A stretch of DNA of 63,408 nt, counting the filler, from Octopus bimaculoides (lineage: Eukaryota), in the NCBI RefSeq assembly GCF_001194135.2. It is 4 parts of 4 records of this genome, joined end to end, with 100 filler letters (N's around TTAATTAATTAA, not from the genome) between each part and the next. Parts side by side here need not be neighbours in the genome. Positions count along the whole stretch, not along the records: positions 20,268 to 48,367 come from NC_068998.1; 3 more parts are not named here. One strand, 5' to 3'. This document shows, in pieces, positions 25,810-39,093 of the stretch. The notes under the pieces were generated by a model, which did not search any database, was not told the origin of the DNA, and saw only the letters and a program-made list of their open reading frames with translations. A program made the position numbers and the translations under genes. The first letter of the stretch is position 1. Each line of letters starts with the position of its first letter.

Positions 25810-25846
25810 TCTTTGACGTTTCGAGCTACGCTCTTCAACAGAAAGA
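25810..25846 (-). ncRNA. Hammerhead-like motif with variant core, inside a PLE-type tail repeat (25720-25860)
   Basis: Reverse complement UCUUU-CUGUUGA-A-GAGC(gua)GCUC-GAAA-CG-UC-AAAGA. Stems I and II are perfect and the triplet is GUC, but the core has A6U. Confidence 0.5.
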
Positions 25847-25857
25847 ATACGGAGACA

Positions 25858-25920
<63 letters not shown>

Positions 25921-27127
25921 CATGTGTTTTAAATATGTTTATAAACCAAAACAATGCAAGTTAAAAGATTTGAAGTACGGATTGATGGTTAATACTATTA
26001 AATGGTTTTTGGCACTGTAAGTTTGTGTGTAATTAAGGTCTGTTTTGTGTTGCTATAGTTGCCAATCAGCTGCATGCAGTTCTGGCTTGTTATTCATTTG
26101 TGGAGTATACTTGTTAATTAAAATTTCTCTTTTTATTCTTTCTGTTGCTTCAACGGAAACTTGGATATCTAGGGTGTGGCATTTCTGTGGCTGTTTTTTG
26201 ATGGAAGAAACATTAGCACTTCTCTGTGAATTTGTCTGATGGTACTTCTGATGTAGAGTTCCTTACATTTACTACATGTGATGTAGTAAATATAAGACTG
26301 GAGGCATATTTTCAACTTTGATTGGACTGTTGGGCAATGTATATAAAATGTTGTTTTATCTTGTCCTATTTTTAGTCAGACCGCTCCTCGGGGAAGATCC
26401 AGAGTATGCCAGTTCTATATTCAATCCCTCTTTATGGATTGCACAGCAGATTGCAGAAGTTGTTTATGATTAAAATGCGGCAGTTTAAAAAAAAACATGT
26501 TACCTTTGAATGAGTGGGCTTTGTTAGATGGTTTGGTGATGTCATGACAGCTCTACAACAGGGCTTTTTGAAATTGTATGATGTTGATGTTTTTGCTTCC
26601 TACATCATAGCATTTACTGCTTATCCTGCTATCTACAGTAGATCACCTTAGCTCTGATGGGCAGCAATGAATTATAATGTACAAATTAGGTCCTCTACTT
26701 TATCTGCCTTCAAACTCTTGTTCCCTTTTCCACACATGCTGAAACTCTCTTATCACTTTGTTTCCTGGATAACATTGCCTTTTGTCATCATTCCATCCTC
26801 TTGGTTAATTGGATTGAATATACATATTTCAGAATACTGTGTACTCCTATCAATTATCACCCTATCACACAACCCTCCTACTATGTCTCACTCTGTAAAC
26901 AGGTTGGTGAGCAAGCAGAGACATATCCTTTAGTTGTGTCAAGGACATGGCTCTCAAAACAAATAAAAAGAAAAGTGAAAACCTAATACATGCTATTAAA
27001 TGTAAGATTGTTTGGACATGACAACTCTCTAGGGCTAGTGACATGAACAAAAGCATGCAGTATACTCTGTAAAGTGGTTCATATTAAGAAGGGCATTGAT
27101 CCATAGAAACCTTGTAAAAAAAACATA

Positions 27128-27362
27128 AGGCAGCAAGCTGGCAGAAACGTTAGCGCGCCGGGCAAAATGCATAGCAGTATTTCATCTGCCGTTATGTTCT
27201 GAGTTCAAATTCTGCCGAGGTCGACTGTGCCTGTCATCCTTTCAGGGTCGATAAATAAAGTACCAGTTACGCACTGAGGTCGATGTAATTGACTTAATCC
27301 CTTTGTCTGTCCTTGTTTGTCCCCTCTATGTTTAGCCTCTTGTGGGCAATAAAAAAATAAGA
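27128..27362 (+). mobile_element. SINE family B, alternative tail
   Basis: Same head and gcctttcatcctttc.gggtcgataaa-type central block as 29747; different 3' end. Confidence 0.85.
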
Positions 27363-27698
27363 AACCTTGTAAAAAATGTAATACAAGTGAGATGCAGTTC
27401 TTCTGATTCATCTCTGTGAAGAGCACTCCATGTATTGAAAGTGACAACTTGCTCAACCGATACCAGAATGGAAAGGAGATGTAAAAGGATATGTGTGTGT
27501 GCATACTTGTGTGTTTGTGTGAGTGATTTCACATTGACCTCTCTGGTATGCCTTGCTCAATGGTTTCACATGCAAAGACCATTAACATCAAATACCATCA
27601 AAGGTTGGAATGAGGAAGAGCATTTGGCTATAAATATAGCTTCAAGAACTCTTGCAAAAATGATGGTGGTGGCGGTGGTGATGATTATGATGATAAAT

Positions 27699-27745
<47 letters not shown>

Positions 27746-28398
27746 GGCACATGCCTTTTGCTCTAAGAAATATGCATATATCAATGTTTGGTTATGAATT
27801 TATATGCATACACATGCATATATTCATAGGTATTTGTTGCAAAACATGTATAATCTATATATTTGTAATGAAGTTTATGTGTGAAATTCAATACCACTGA
27901 AAATATTAGTTATATGGACTTGTCTCATGGAGACAGTCGATTTGCTAGCTCTCTTCTAAATAAGTCACATCCTATGTTAACAGCAAAATAACAATATTTC
28001 AATACTTTGTTTGATAATTAATCAAATTTGCTATTTCAGTGGCAACAGTTGTTTTTATTGTCTCATGCTTACTTTGTCGATTCCAATAACTTATCTTTCT
28101 CAGATATTCAACTAAACGAAAAAGAAATGCAATATTTACCTCTTTCTTATCTACTGTCTCCATCTCTCTCACACTAGTTGTATCTGTTTGTCTGCCTAAC
28201 TGGTTAACACACACACACATAGTTCAACGTCAACTAAAAATGCGCTCAATACATATAAGTAGTATGTATTTTCAGTATGAGAATTATTTTCACAAGGAAC
28301 ATGCTGATAATATCTACAAAGCTTTTCCAGTAGTTAAACTGTTGCACAAAGCCAACCACTACAGAAACTGTATTTCTGCCTATTTAGACTCCCACCAA

Positions 28399-28457
<59 letters not shown>

Positions 28458-28510
28458 TTATTATTATTATTCTTATTCTTATTATTATTATTCTTATTAT
28501 TATTATTATA

Positions 28511-29000
28511 TAACTGTTCAATATTTGATAGATTGAGGCAAATTTTTACTGCATCATCAGCTACACCTCTTTGTTGCTGGGATGTGTACACATTGTGTTT
28601 TCTTTTCTACTGTTGGGAGTGTGCAAAATCTTCCCGGTACTGTATTGTGTAAGTTTCTTTTTTTCTCTTGAGGTGTGGTGCAGTCTTTTTGTTGTGTTAC
28701 TGCTTGTATTGTGTGTTGAGTGTGTAATGCTTTGGTTTCCTAGCTTCCTGGTGGAAGTTTATTTCACTAGATAAATGCTGAACAGAGTGTGTCTTGTATT
28801 TGCGGGTTGTTTTGTTTAGGTTGTATTATTGGATTGATAGTGTCTTGCATAGGATGTAGGCTGCTTCTAGTAGGGGTGTTTTTTTGGACAGTGTGTAGTG
28901 TTGAGGATCCAAGTATAGCTTCTACGTTTTTGTTCATAAGTTTTTTTATCATGCCCAATGCTTCAATTATTATTGGTATTGTTTTAACCGTCATGCCCTA
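28511..29000 (-). mobile_element. R4/Dong-like LINE 3' fragment between ATT/ATC arrays
   Basis: TVKTIPIIIEALGMIKK...ILGSSTLHTVQK resembles the RLE C-terminus. The (ATT)n at 28399-28510 lies on its 3' side. Confidence 0.6.
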
Positions 29001-29005
29001 TGATT

Positions 29006-29043
<38 letters not shown>

Positions 29044-29746
29044 TATTATTACTATTATCATTATTGTTATTATTATTTAATTTGTTATCATCATCATTAT
29101 TATTATTATCCATACTGGAAGCATGCGTGTCTCCTCATTTTTAAGTCTAACCTTTTAATTTGTGACCCCAAAAGTCATTAATTGTTTATTTTCTTACAAA
29201 ATGCTTGTTAAAACTGCCATCATTGCATAGGTTTGACTTGTTAATTTATTTGTTTGTGCCCCTTTAAGGGCACAATTTCGAAAAGTAAATTTACATTTCA
29301 CTTTGGGAGAAATAAGTTTATAAGCAGGCATTGCAATGACAGCCTTATTAAAATACATGGAAGAGGAAGTAAGAGGTAGCTTTGACAGTGAGTTACAAGA
29401 CACCTCAAAGGCCTCCACCTTCTACTCTCAAATGGAAGTTTAAGTGTCCTGTCACCATGTTCAAAGTACAGTGGACCACACTTCTATTATGACAACAAAC
29501 AGCAGCAACAACAACAGAAATGACAACACAGCAGGGAAATTTAGTTCCAATTATGAAACTGAATTCTTCACAATAAATGTAACAATACCAAAAAAAGATC
29601 AACTAACAGAGTCAACACTAAGACAATGAGCACCACCACCACCACCACCACCACCACCATCATCATTGCAACAACAAAAATTCGGTAAAAGACAAAAACA
29701 ACCGTAGTGTTGACAAGTTAAATGGCAACAATATTTCCATTGTGAA

Positions 29747-29960
29747 AGGCTACGAGCTGGCAGAAACGTTAGCATGCTAAGCGAAATGTTTGGTGGTATT
29801 TTGTCTGTCTTTACGTTCTGAGTTCAAATTCTGCTGAGATTGACTTTCCCTTTCATCCTTTCAGGGTCTATAAATTATATCCCAGCTGCGTACTGGGGTC
29901 GATCTAATTGGCTGGCCCCCTCCCCCTAAATTCCAGGCCTTGTGCCTAGAGTAGAAAAGA
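29747..29960 (+). mobile_element. tRNA-derived SINE, family B, with 16-bp TSD
   Basis: gagctggcagaaacgttagc head, ctgagttcaaattc B box, and ATATTTCCATTGTGAA duplicated at 29731 and 29961. Confidence 0.9.
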
Positions 29961-30299
29961 ATATTTCCATTGTGAATAACAACAACAACAATGCATTGCA
30001 GCAATGACTGTGAAAAGCACAGAGCTATATTAGATGGATGTCCATCAGAAGGATATATGTTTGGCCTAAGCTGCCAAACTAATAAGGCTGAAAAAGCTTA
30101 GGTGTGGACATTTCCATCCCCACCAAGGTGTTGGCTGAAACAGAGAAAAAAACTGTAATTTATAAATGTGTCAATAAACGCAAAGCAGCTGGAGATGGCT
30201 GGTCAGGCAGCTGTCTCCAGCACCTGTCTCCAGCACCTGTGGAAGCTGCATTTAAAGTGATAATGCCTAACATTCATGAGAGTAAAGTAGTTTGCGGAT

Positions 30300-30680
30300 A
30301 TTTCAAGGCTCTTCAAGACTGAAGCTCTGGCCACCAAATACTCCATGGTTCCCTGTCGGAGCAAAAATGATGTGCCCCACACATCGTATTTAGAAAAGAG
30401 AATGGTGAGGATAAAGATCTCAAGAATTCCACAGGAGGTAAATTTATGGTATATTTTAACATATATTGTTTTGGAAGGGAGTAACAATCTCCTGGCAGTG
30501 AAGCAGACTCATAATGAAAATTGGTCTGGAATCAGTGTGGCGGTGATATCCCATATTAAAACAGATATGATGAACAAGATCTCAACTCTCTTTCACTTTC
30601 CAGGTCAGGAAGAGCTATGTGTTATGGTTGAGGGTAGAAAACTATGGTACTGTCTCTATGGGGAAACTCTATAGATTTAA
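30300..30680 (+). mobile_element. Probable LINE ORF1 (gag-like) relic
   Basis: RMVRIKISRIPQEV...LCVMVEGRKLWYC resembles the segment before the zinc knuckle in L1/Tx1-type ORF1. No RT adjacent. Confidence 0.35.
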
Positions 30681-30790
30681 TCAATTTCACTCTTTCCCCC
30701 TAACTTGCTGGCATTGTGGCAAAACTTGAAATCATCATCACCAGCATCACCATCATTATTATTATTATCATTATTATAATCATCATCATT

Positions 30791-31000
30791 AGGGTGGCAA
30801 GCTGGTAGAATTGTTAGCACACCGGGCAAAATGCTTACTGGCATTTCATCTGTCCTTGCGTTCAAATTCTGTCGAGGTTGACTTTGCCTTTCATCCTTTC
30901 AGGGTCAATAAAATAAGTGCCAGCTCAGTACTGAGGTCAATGTAATTGACTATTCCCCTCCCCTAAATATCAGGCCTTGTGCCTATAGTAGAAAGCATTA
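30791..31000 (+). mobile_element. SINE family B
   Basis: Collinear with 29747-29960; (ATT) tail. Confidence 0.85.
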
Positions 31001-31245
31001 TTATTATCATTATTAAAAAACACTGGTTTCTACGTTGTATATAGTCCTAATCCTAGCCTCACTCTACCCTAGCATGGCTACAGTCCAATGGCTGAAAGAA
31101 GAAACAAAATAAAGCTATATATATGAATATATATATATATATATATNNNNNNNNNNAGTTTTGAAATCAGTAGTTCTTTGACTGCTATTTCTGAATTCTC
31201 AGTATGTTGGAGAAGCAGGTTACTGTCTATCCCTATATATTTATG

Positions 31246-31280
<35 letters not shown>

Positions 31281-32228
31281 AAACAAGCCACTTATGGAAT
31301 TATTCCTTCATCAGCTGCCTCTATTCTAAAACTAGGCATTTCGAAGATAAGGCAGGATGCACTCTTTGAATAGTTTCTTCCTGAGTAGTGGATTAACCCA
31401 CTAAACAGAGGATTCAAAGGTAGCAAACACAAACCAAGACAGGAAAAATTGGACAGTGAAAACAATATTAAAAAGCCGTAGGGCCAAATGCGATGGGATA
31501 TTGAATGCTGTAGATATGACAAAGCTGAACGGAGAAATAGAAGTTTCGTCTAGCGTTTATGCTGGCTGCGGTGAGAAAGGAAGAGTGACCAAAAGTCACA
31601 TGTGAGCAAAGAGGAATGGTAGAGGGAGGAAGTGGAACAAAGGCAGGTGACGAGAGACAGGAAGGAAGAGTAAGAGAGAGATATGTATAGCAGTGAAGGG
31701 GAGAAGCAAGGACAACAGAAGGAAGCAGAGCGGGAGGGGGAGATAGGTAAGAAGAAAGATAGATAGATAGATAGATAGAAAGATAGAGTCGCGTCAGAAA
31801 TATAAGGTTGAAACTTACTTGCAAATGGACACGTGCGTTCGATGATATAATAATACAAATGATATATAAGCATATGTATGTATACATACATATATGTACA
31901 TACCTACATTTACATGTATATAGAGATGCATATCCGGGTACAGGACGTTAGAAAAATGAACAGGGACATAAAAACAAAACGGACTTTGTTTACAGACAAC
32001 AGAACGAACACATAGGAAAATAAACAAGCCCCTTATGGAATTATTCCTTCATCAGCTGCCTCTATTCTAAAACTAGGCATTTCGAAGATAAGGCAGGATG
32101 CACTCTTAGAATAGTTTCTTCCTGAGTAGTGGATTAACCCACTAAACAGAGTATTCCAAGGTAGCAAACACAAACCAAGACAGGAAAAATTGGACAGTGA
32201 AAACAACATTAAAAAGCTATAGGGCCAA
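31281..32228. repeat. Pair of 207-bp direct repeats (31281-31487 and 32022-32228)
   Basis: Near-identical copies 741 bp apart, enclosing purine-rich sequence and (GATA)n. Confidence 0.85.
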
Positions 32229-32892
32229 GAGAGAGAGAAATAATTAAAACTGAATTGAATTAGGTACTTAAGTTACTGAATTGAATTAGGTACTTCAGTC
32301 CAGTATTATCTGCACAGCTCAAAGTAAGGTGAATAAAATCAAAATAGGCAAAAGGATATCAAATAGTAATGCAGTACGACCATTTCAAGCAGCTCCATTT
32401 AATTGAACAATGTAGTCATTACATCAATTCAAATGCATGCTGTCTTCAGCTGTACAAATAAATAAAAGGAATTTTAACAAGTAGGACATGTTAATATATT
32501 TTTTCTTAAATATTTTAACAGAGCAAGAAGATGGAAGAAATTCATGTTGTCGCTATTGTAGGTAAGAATAAACTACAACTTCTAAGAAGTGCATGGAGCA
32601 AAGTGGGGTCATAGGATTTAAGGCTTGTAATTCATTTCTAATTCATTTATCTCTTTATCAACTACTAAATCTGAGACTAGAAGACTGTGTCTATTTTGAA
32701 TAAAAGAGTGGCTAGGTATGGTCATNNNNNNNNNNGAGACTAGAAGACTGTGTCTATTTTGAATAAAAGAGTGGCTAGGTATGGTCATAAATATTATCAT
32801 ATGTATCCCTTTTCCCCAGGGAGGAAATAAGACATTAAGAGTAGTCAGTTGGATGTAAGTAATTGTTTATAAAAAGAGGCAGGATAGGGGTA

Positions 32893-33146
32893 AGCTTTAA
32901 ATCAGTGGCACGTGAAAAGACATTCAAGCGAGATCATTGCCAGTACTGCTGGACTGGCTCCTGTGCAGGTGGCACGTAAAAGTACCCACTACACTCTCGG
33001 AGTGGTTGGCGTTAGGAAGGTCATCCAGCTGTAGAAACTCTGCCAAATCAGATTGGAGCCTGATGTAGCCACCTGGTCCACCAGTCCTCAGTCAGATCGT
33101 CCAACCCATGCTAGCATGGAAAGCGGACATTAAACGATGATGATGT
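32893..33146 (+). mobile_element. Retroposon 3' end, family D
   Basis: ...gcgttaggaagg.catccagctgtagaaactctgcc...ccatgctagcatggaaagcggac.ttaaacgatgatgat. Confidence 0.8.
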
Positions 33147-33679
33147 TAATTACCAATTAAAGGGGCAAGACACTAAGAAACCTAAGATGCTAATACAGAG
33201 CAAACTTTATAAGGGGTACTATGGGGGAATGTTTATAAACAATATTGTTATGTTGTGTAAAAATAAAATTTAAGAATTCCAAAAATGATATCACAACAGG
33301 TGTGTATATACCAATTATAAACATTAAAAAGGAAGATTACATAGAATCAGTTAAATATCCATTCATCTCGCATAGACTTAAGTAACTTAGAAATATCAAT
33401 TTAAGAACAAGAAATATAACTATTTATAAGGGATAAGAGGTTAATAAGTAAAGATATCAAAATAAAAAAACAAAATAATAAGAATTTATAGAAAATAATA
33501 AGAAATACATATAACCTACATTTAAAGAGACAGGGGATTGAAATTAGAAGCAGGGAAAGGATAAAGGTAACGTGAATAGAGGGGGCAATAGGTATGGAAG
33601 TAATGAGGACAGTTAAAGGTATTCAGACCAAAGAGATTTTATAAGTTGTAATATTACAGGTGTTATTGTATGTATGGTT

Positions 33680-33840
33680 AATTAGTTGGGTTATGGCCCT
33701 CTCTGTGACCTTCATCAGCTGATCCAGCAGTTTGATACCCTTGTAGCTATTTCTATCTAAAGCATCACCTTTACCTTTGTAGCATTTCACTATGGTGCTG
33801 CTATGCCAGTCATTGCGTATGACTCCTTTGTGAACTACCT
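33680..33840 (-). mobile_element. RTE-clade RT fragment
   Basis: VVHKGVIRNDWHSSTIVKCYKGKGDALDRNSYKGIKLLDQLMKVTER. Confidence 0.8.
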
Positions 33841-34511
33841 AAGAGTTAAATTAACTCAAAGCCACAAATGCACTGTCCTAAGTGACTGATAAAAGGAGGC
33901 AAGTCCTTGGCATACATAGCTGGATCGCAATTTTGGATTTTGATGTAGATGATCTTAATCCTTATCAGTGGTTCTTAATGCCTAAGGTTAAACTCAACTA
34001 CCTCTGTCAGTCTTATAAGAAAACCATTGAAAAGGCGTACTGATTTCCAAAACCTTGTAAGTAGATTTGGTAGATGCTATTTGATAGAAGCCAATTGTAT
34101 ATATATATATGTATATATATATATGTATNNNNNNNNNNNNNNNNNNNNNNNNNNNNNNNNNNNNNNNNNNNNNNNNNNNNNNNNNNNNNNNNNNNNNNNN
34201 NNNNNNNNNNNNNNNNNNNNNNNNNNNNNNNNNNNNNNNNNNNNNNNNNNNNNNNNNNNNNNNNNNNNNNNNNNNNNNNNNNNNNNNNNNNNNNNNNNNN
34301 NNNNNNNNNNNNNNNNNNNNNNNNNNNNNNNNNNNNNNNNNNNNNNNNNNNNNNNNNNNNNNNNNNNNNNNNNNNNNNNNNNNNNNNNNNNNNNNNNNNN
34401 NNNNNNNNNNNNNNNNNNNNNNNNNNNNNNNNNNNNNNNNNNNNNNNNNNNNNNNNNNNNNNNNNNNNNNNNNNNNNNNNNNNNNNNNNNNNNNNNNNNN
34501 NNNNNNNNNNN

Positions 34512-34558
<47 letters not shown>

Positions 34559-36411
34559 AAGTAAAAGAGATCAATAAATCATGGCAGATATCTATAAATC
34601 ACTGAGTGTTAAATGAATTTAGTTAACTATATCATATAATCAGATACCAATAAATGCAAGTTGAATTAATAGCCAAGGTAATTCTTCAAATATGACAAGT
34701 AAATCCAAATATTATTTAAGAGACAAGAACAAGAATAGAGAAGGTCACACCTTTAATTGGTGATTAAACCATAGATTACTGATGATCGTTTCTACTGTCT
34801 AGCATATTTAGACAGAGGAAAAAGTTATGAAATATCAGTCACATTAATATATCTGAAAATATATGCTAACACAATGTTACCAAGGCAATCAAAAAATGGA
34901 TTAAATTCAAAGTGAACTATAAATATATACGCATGGCCATAGCTTTATGGTCAAGATGTCTGTGCCCAACTATGGAGATTTAGGTTCAGTCCTACTGTGT
35001 AGCATCTTGGGGTTGTGTCTGCTATTAAAATGGATGATACATACATGCATACATAAATACATACACATTCACTTTGTATATAAATATATATTCATATATA
35101 TATATATATACATAATTCAATTATTTATTCATATTTCATACTCTATAGTACATGCTTTCATATTTTCATTTTATACTTGTTTATATTTCTTACTGCTCAT
35201 AGATAAAGAATTAGGGTTATATTGCATCCCTAATATCTTATTTTTGTTAATTCTTAATTCGTACCTTTGGTTTTTATTTTTTAATATTTTTAGAAAATTA
35301 TTTTCAAAATTCGTTAAACTTTATATCTTTTAATTTTTAATTCATCCCATAATTTTTAACTTCTTCACTTAAACATTAATGCACTTTCATCATTGGTACC
35401 TCAACATCAAACTTGGCATTGATCATTATAACTTTTCAGCTTCTCCCTACACCTCTTCCACTTTATTTTTCCATTTCTTACTTATTACACTCTAACTCTT
35501 TTGAAGTAGAACTCTGTGCTTCTACAGACCATGGTTGGCTTTTCCCATATTTTTCTGTCAGAATGTGTTTTCAGCCCAGTGCTTGCATGCTCTTCCTTGG
35601 GCTCTCTGTGTACCTCAGGAGTTAGTCTAAGATCTAATTCTCCCAAGCTCACTTGCAGATTTATAGTACATATAATGCTAGCACCACTCTATACTTTATT
35701 TCATTTTACTATACTGTATCCTGAATTCTGCTACCCCTTATGTAGAATGTTTTTTATCCTCGAATGGGAGTGAACAGCTTCACTTTATTCCTATTGTATC
35801 TATACCTCTTCAATTCAGGAATATCTAATATCTACCTCTGTAATTGACTAGCTACTCTCTACTTCTCTTATTTTAATCCTTTTTCTTACAGTGATTGCTA
35901 ATATCTTTAGAACTAGCTAAGTATTAACCATTTACTCTTTACTTCTAATACTTTACTCCTAACGTCTACAGCTCTTTCTTGGTCTTGTACAAGTGTTCCT
36001 AGACCTATTTTTATTTTAATTTACTCTATGTCTGCTCAACACTAACATATTGGATAAATAAATAGTTTTATACCACACTTTAGTTTCGTCCTTTATTGTA
36101 GGTTTTTATTTTAGCTTTTTGAACGCCACCCCTACTCCAATTAACTATATTTATTTTATGCCTTGGCATGTCCCGTTTTAGGGTCTCCAGGAATAGTTCT
36201 GGTTAGCTTCATTACCACACCTCACACTTCTCTTATGTAGTTTATTGCCTATGTTTGTCATACTTCCCCTACCACCTACAATGCTACCTTCCTTTAGTCG
36301 TCATCATCATCAATATTGTTTCCGTTCCAACTTCTGCAATGGGTACCACTTTGTTGTTGTTGTTAATATTATTATTATTATTATTATTACTTTCATATTC
36401 TGCTGTGGTTG

Positions 36412-36750
36412 ATTGTGCCTTTCATCCTTTCAGGGTTGATTAAATAAGTACCAGTTGAATGCTTGAGTTGATGTGATCAACTAGTCCTCTCCTCCAAATT
36501 TCATGCCTTGTGCCTATAGCAGACAGAATTACTATTATTATTATTATTAAGGTGGCAAGCTGGCAAAATTGTTAGTATGCCATTTCCTCTGTCTTTACAT
36601 TCTGAGTTCAAATTCCGCCAAAGTCAACTTTGCTTTTCATCCTTTCAGGGGTTGATGAAATAAGTACCAGCTGAGCACTGGGGTGGATGTAATCGACTAT
36701 TCCCCTTCCCCAAATTTCATGGCCTCATGCTTATAGTAGAAAGGATTATT
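36412..36750 (+). mobile_element. Two tandem SINE family B copies (partial 36412-36535, full 36549-36750)
   Basis: Shared central block and ccttgtgcctatag...attatt tails. Confidence 0.8.
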
Positions 36751-37344
36751 ATTATTGTTATTTTGATTTTTAATATTATTTTATTATTTTAATATTATTG
36801 TCTTTATTACTGTTATTAATAATACTACTAGTAGTTGTAGCAGCAGCAGCAGTAGTATTACTAATATTTTCTTCTTATTTTCTTCTTTAATACTGTTGTG
36901 GTTGTTTTTATTATTACCCTCCCTTTTCTCTTTGTTATTTTTTTTTTATATTTTATCATTAGATATTTATGGTTCTAAACCAAAATTACTATTCACATAT
37001 CCATCATGATTTGATACTGGCAATTGTGGGACCATTTGTTATTGTCCACATCATCTCTCTTCTTCCTTCCAGCTATTCATGTTTGTTTTCTCTTTCCTTT
37101 TTTTCTCCTTCTTCTTCCTTTCTTCTTCTACTTCTTGTTTTTCTCCTCCATATTCTTCATATTTTTCTTCGTCTCTCATCTTCTCTTTCTCTCACCTTCT
37201 TTATCTACTTTGGCATTGACACTTCATTTGCCCTGTCCATATTTTCACAGTCAATTTATATTTTTATCTTTCTTTTTTTTTGTTTCTTTCTGATATAAGG
37301 AAAACACAAAGTCTGGCAGATGCACAATATAAGAACTAACATAA

Positions 37345-37526
37345 TACAGTTCTATATTTAAGAGATGAGGAATTATTTACATTATTTACATTTGACGGAT
37401 ATTTGTCCACATCTTGTTTGTTGTTAACACAACGTTTCAGCTGATATACCCTCCAGCCTTCATCAGGTGTCTTGGGGAAATTTCGAACCTGGGTTCTCAT
37501 TCCTAACGATGTTACTATTATTATTA

Positions 37527-37560
<34 letters not shown>
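37345..37560 (-). repeat. Inverted copy of the Penelope terminal repeat (pLTR-like) at the 5' junction of the RT
   Basis: Near-identical reverse complement of 39153-39329, including the same AATATAAT interruption in the AAT run. Confidence 0.85.
37426..37471 (-). ncRNA. Minimal type I hammerhead ribozyme motif (inverted copy)
   Basis: Reverse complement reads GACAC-CUGAUGA-A-GGCUG...CAGCU-GAAA-CG-UU-GUGUU, with one G:U pair in stem II. Confidence 0.75.
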
Positions 37561-37561
<1 letters not shown>

Positions 37562-37563
<2 letters not shown>

Positions 37564-38548
37564 CAGACAGCTGACTCAACACTACAGTAAACTACCACAC
37601 AAGTACGGTCTCCCTAAGATTCACAAGGAAGGTATTCCACTAAGACCTATAGTGAGCTGTAGAGGTTCAGCATGTCATCCACTGAGCCGCTTCTTGGTGG
37701 ATGTAATCAGTCCATTAGCAGGAAAGTCAACATCATACGTGAAGAATTCCACCCACTTCACAGAATTGATCAAGGATACCCCTATTGAATCCAACCAGAT
37801 GGTGAGTCTAGATGTGATAAGTCTATTCACCAAAGTCCCAGCTGGTGAAGCACTATCGGTGATTCAAGAAAAACTAGTGACAGACACCCATCTAAAAGAA
37901 CGCACTAGTATACCAATAACAAACTTGATGGAAATGTTGACTTTCTGTGTAGAAACTACCTACCTCAGTATGGACACTGATATATATCGACAAGAAGATC
38001 GTTTAGCTATGGGTTCGCCATTATCACCGATAATAGCTAATATATACATGGAATACTTTGAGAATTTGGCTTTAGGATCAACACCACTAAAACCAACCCT
38101 ATGGCTGCGATACGTTGATGACACCTTTATTCTCTGGCCCCACCAGCAAGATGTCCAAATGCTGTTAGATCATGTGAAATCAATAAATCCATCCACACAA
38201 TTCACCATGGAAAAGGAACAGAACAATCAGCTGGCATTCCTGGACGTATTAATAACACGCACCGAGTATGGATTCAGGACATTCGTATATCGCAAGCCAA
38301 CCTTCACTGGACAATACCTTAACTTCAATTCCCACCATCTATACATTGTAAAGAGAGGGATTGCTCAGTGCCTAAAACATCGAGCAAAGAATATAAGTAG
38401 CGATCGTGATACCCACCACGAAGAAATGATCAAGCTCAGTAACAATCTATTAAGAAACAACTACCCCAACAACATACTATCTACTCCAATTATGAAGAAA
38501 AGAGAGGATGAAACCAATAAATTGTCTACAGTCTGTCTACCCTATGTG
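37562..38548 (+). mobile_element. Penelope-like element reverse transcriptase, 5'-truncated, running into an N gap
   Basis: 329 open codons with PLE RT motifs YGLPKIHK, PLRPIVS, LDVISLFT, LAMGSPLSP and RYVDD, ending at LPYV. A GIY-YIG endonuclease would be expected in the gap. Confidence 0.95.
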
Positions 38549-39093
38549 NNNNNNNNNNNNNNNNNNNNNNNNNNNNNNNNNNNNNNNNNNNNNNNNNNNN
38601 NNNNNNNNNNNNNNNNNNNNNNNNNNNNNNNNNNNNNNNNNNNNNNNNNNNNNNNNNNNNNNNNNNNNNNNNNNNNNNNNNNNNNNNNNNNNNNNNNNNN
38701 NNNNNNNNNNNNNNNNNNNNNNNNNNNNNNNNNNNNNNNNNNNNNNNNNNNNNNNNNNNNNNNNNNNNNNNNNNNNNNNNNNNNNNNNNNNNNNNNNNNN
38801 NNNNNNNNNNNNNNNNNNNNNNNNNNNNNNNNNNNNNNNNNNNNNNNNNNNNNNNNNNNNNNNNNNNNNNNNNNNNNNNNNNNNNNNNNNNNNNNNNNNN
38901 NNNNNNNNNNNNNNNNNNNNNNNNNNNNNNNNNNNNNNNNNNNNNNNNNNNNNNNNNNNNNNNNNNNNNNNNNNNNNNNNNNNNNNNNNNNNNNNNNNNN
39001 NNNNNNNNNNNNNNNNNNNNNNNNNNNNNNNNNNNNNNNAAGGATAGAAAAATAATAGATTTATAAGCCCTAAAATTCACTCCATAATTGCCC

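Noticed and set aside
32673-32788. 53-bp tandem duplication around 10 Ns
   Set aside because: Same assembly-overlap artefact.
33705-33725. CTGATGA on the minus strand as a hammerhead
   Set aside because: It lies in RTE coding sequence (QLMK), with no stem II or GAAA.
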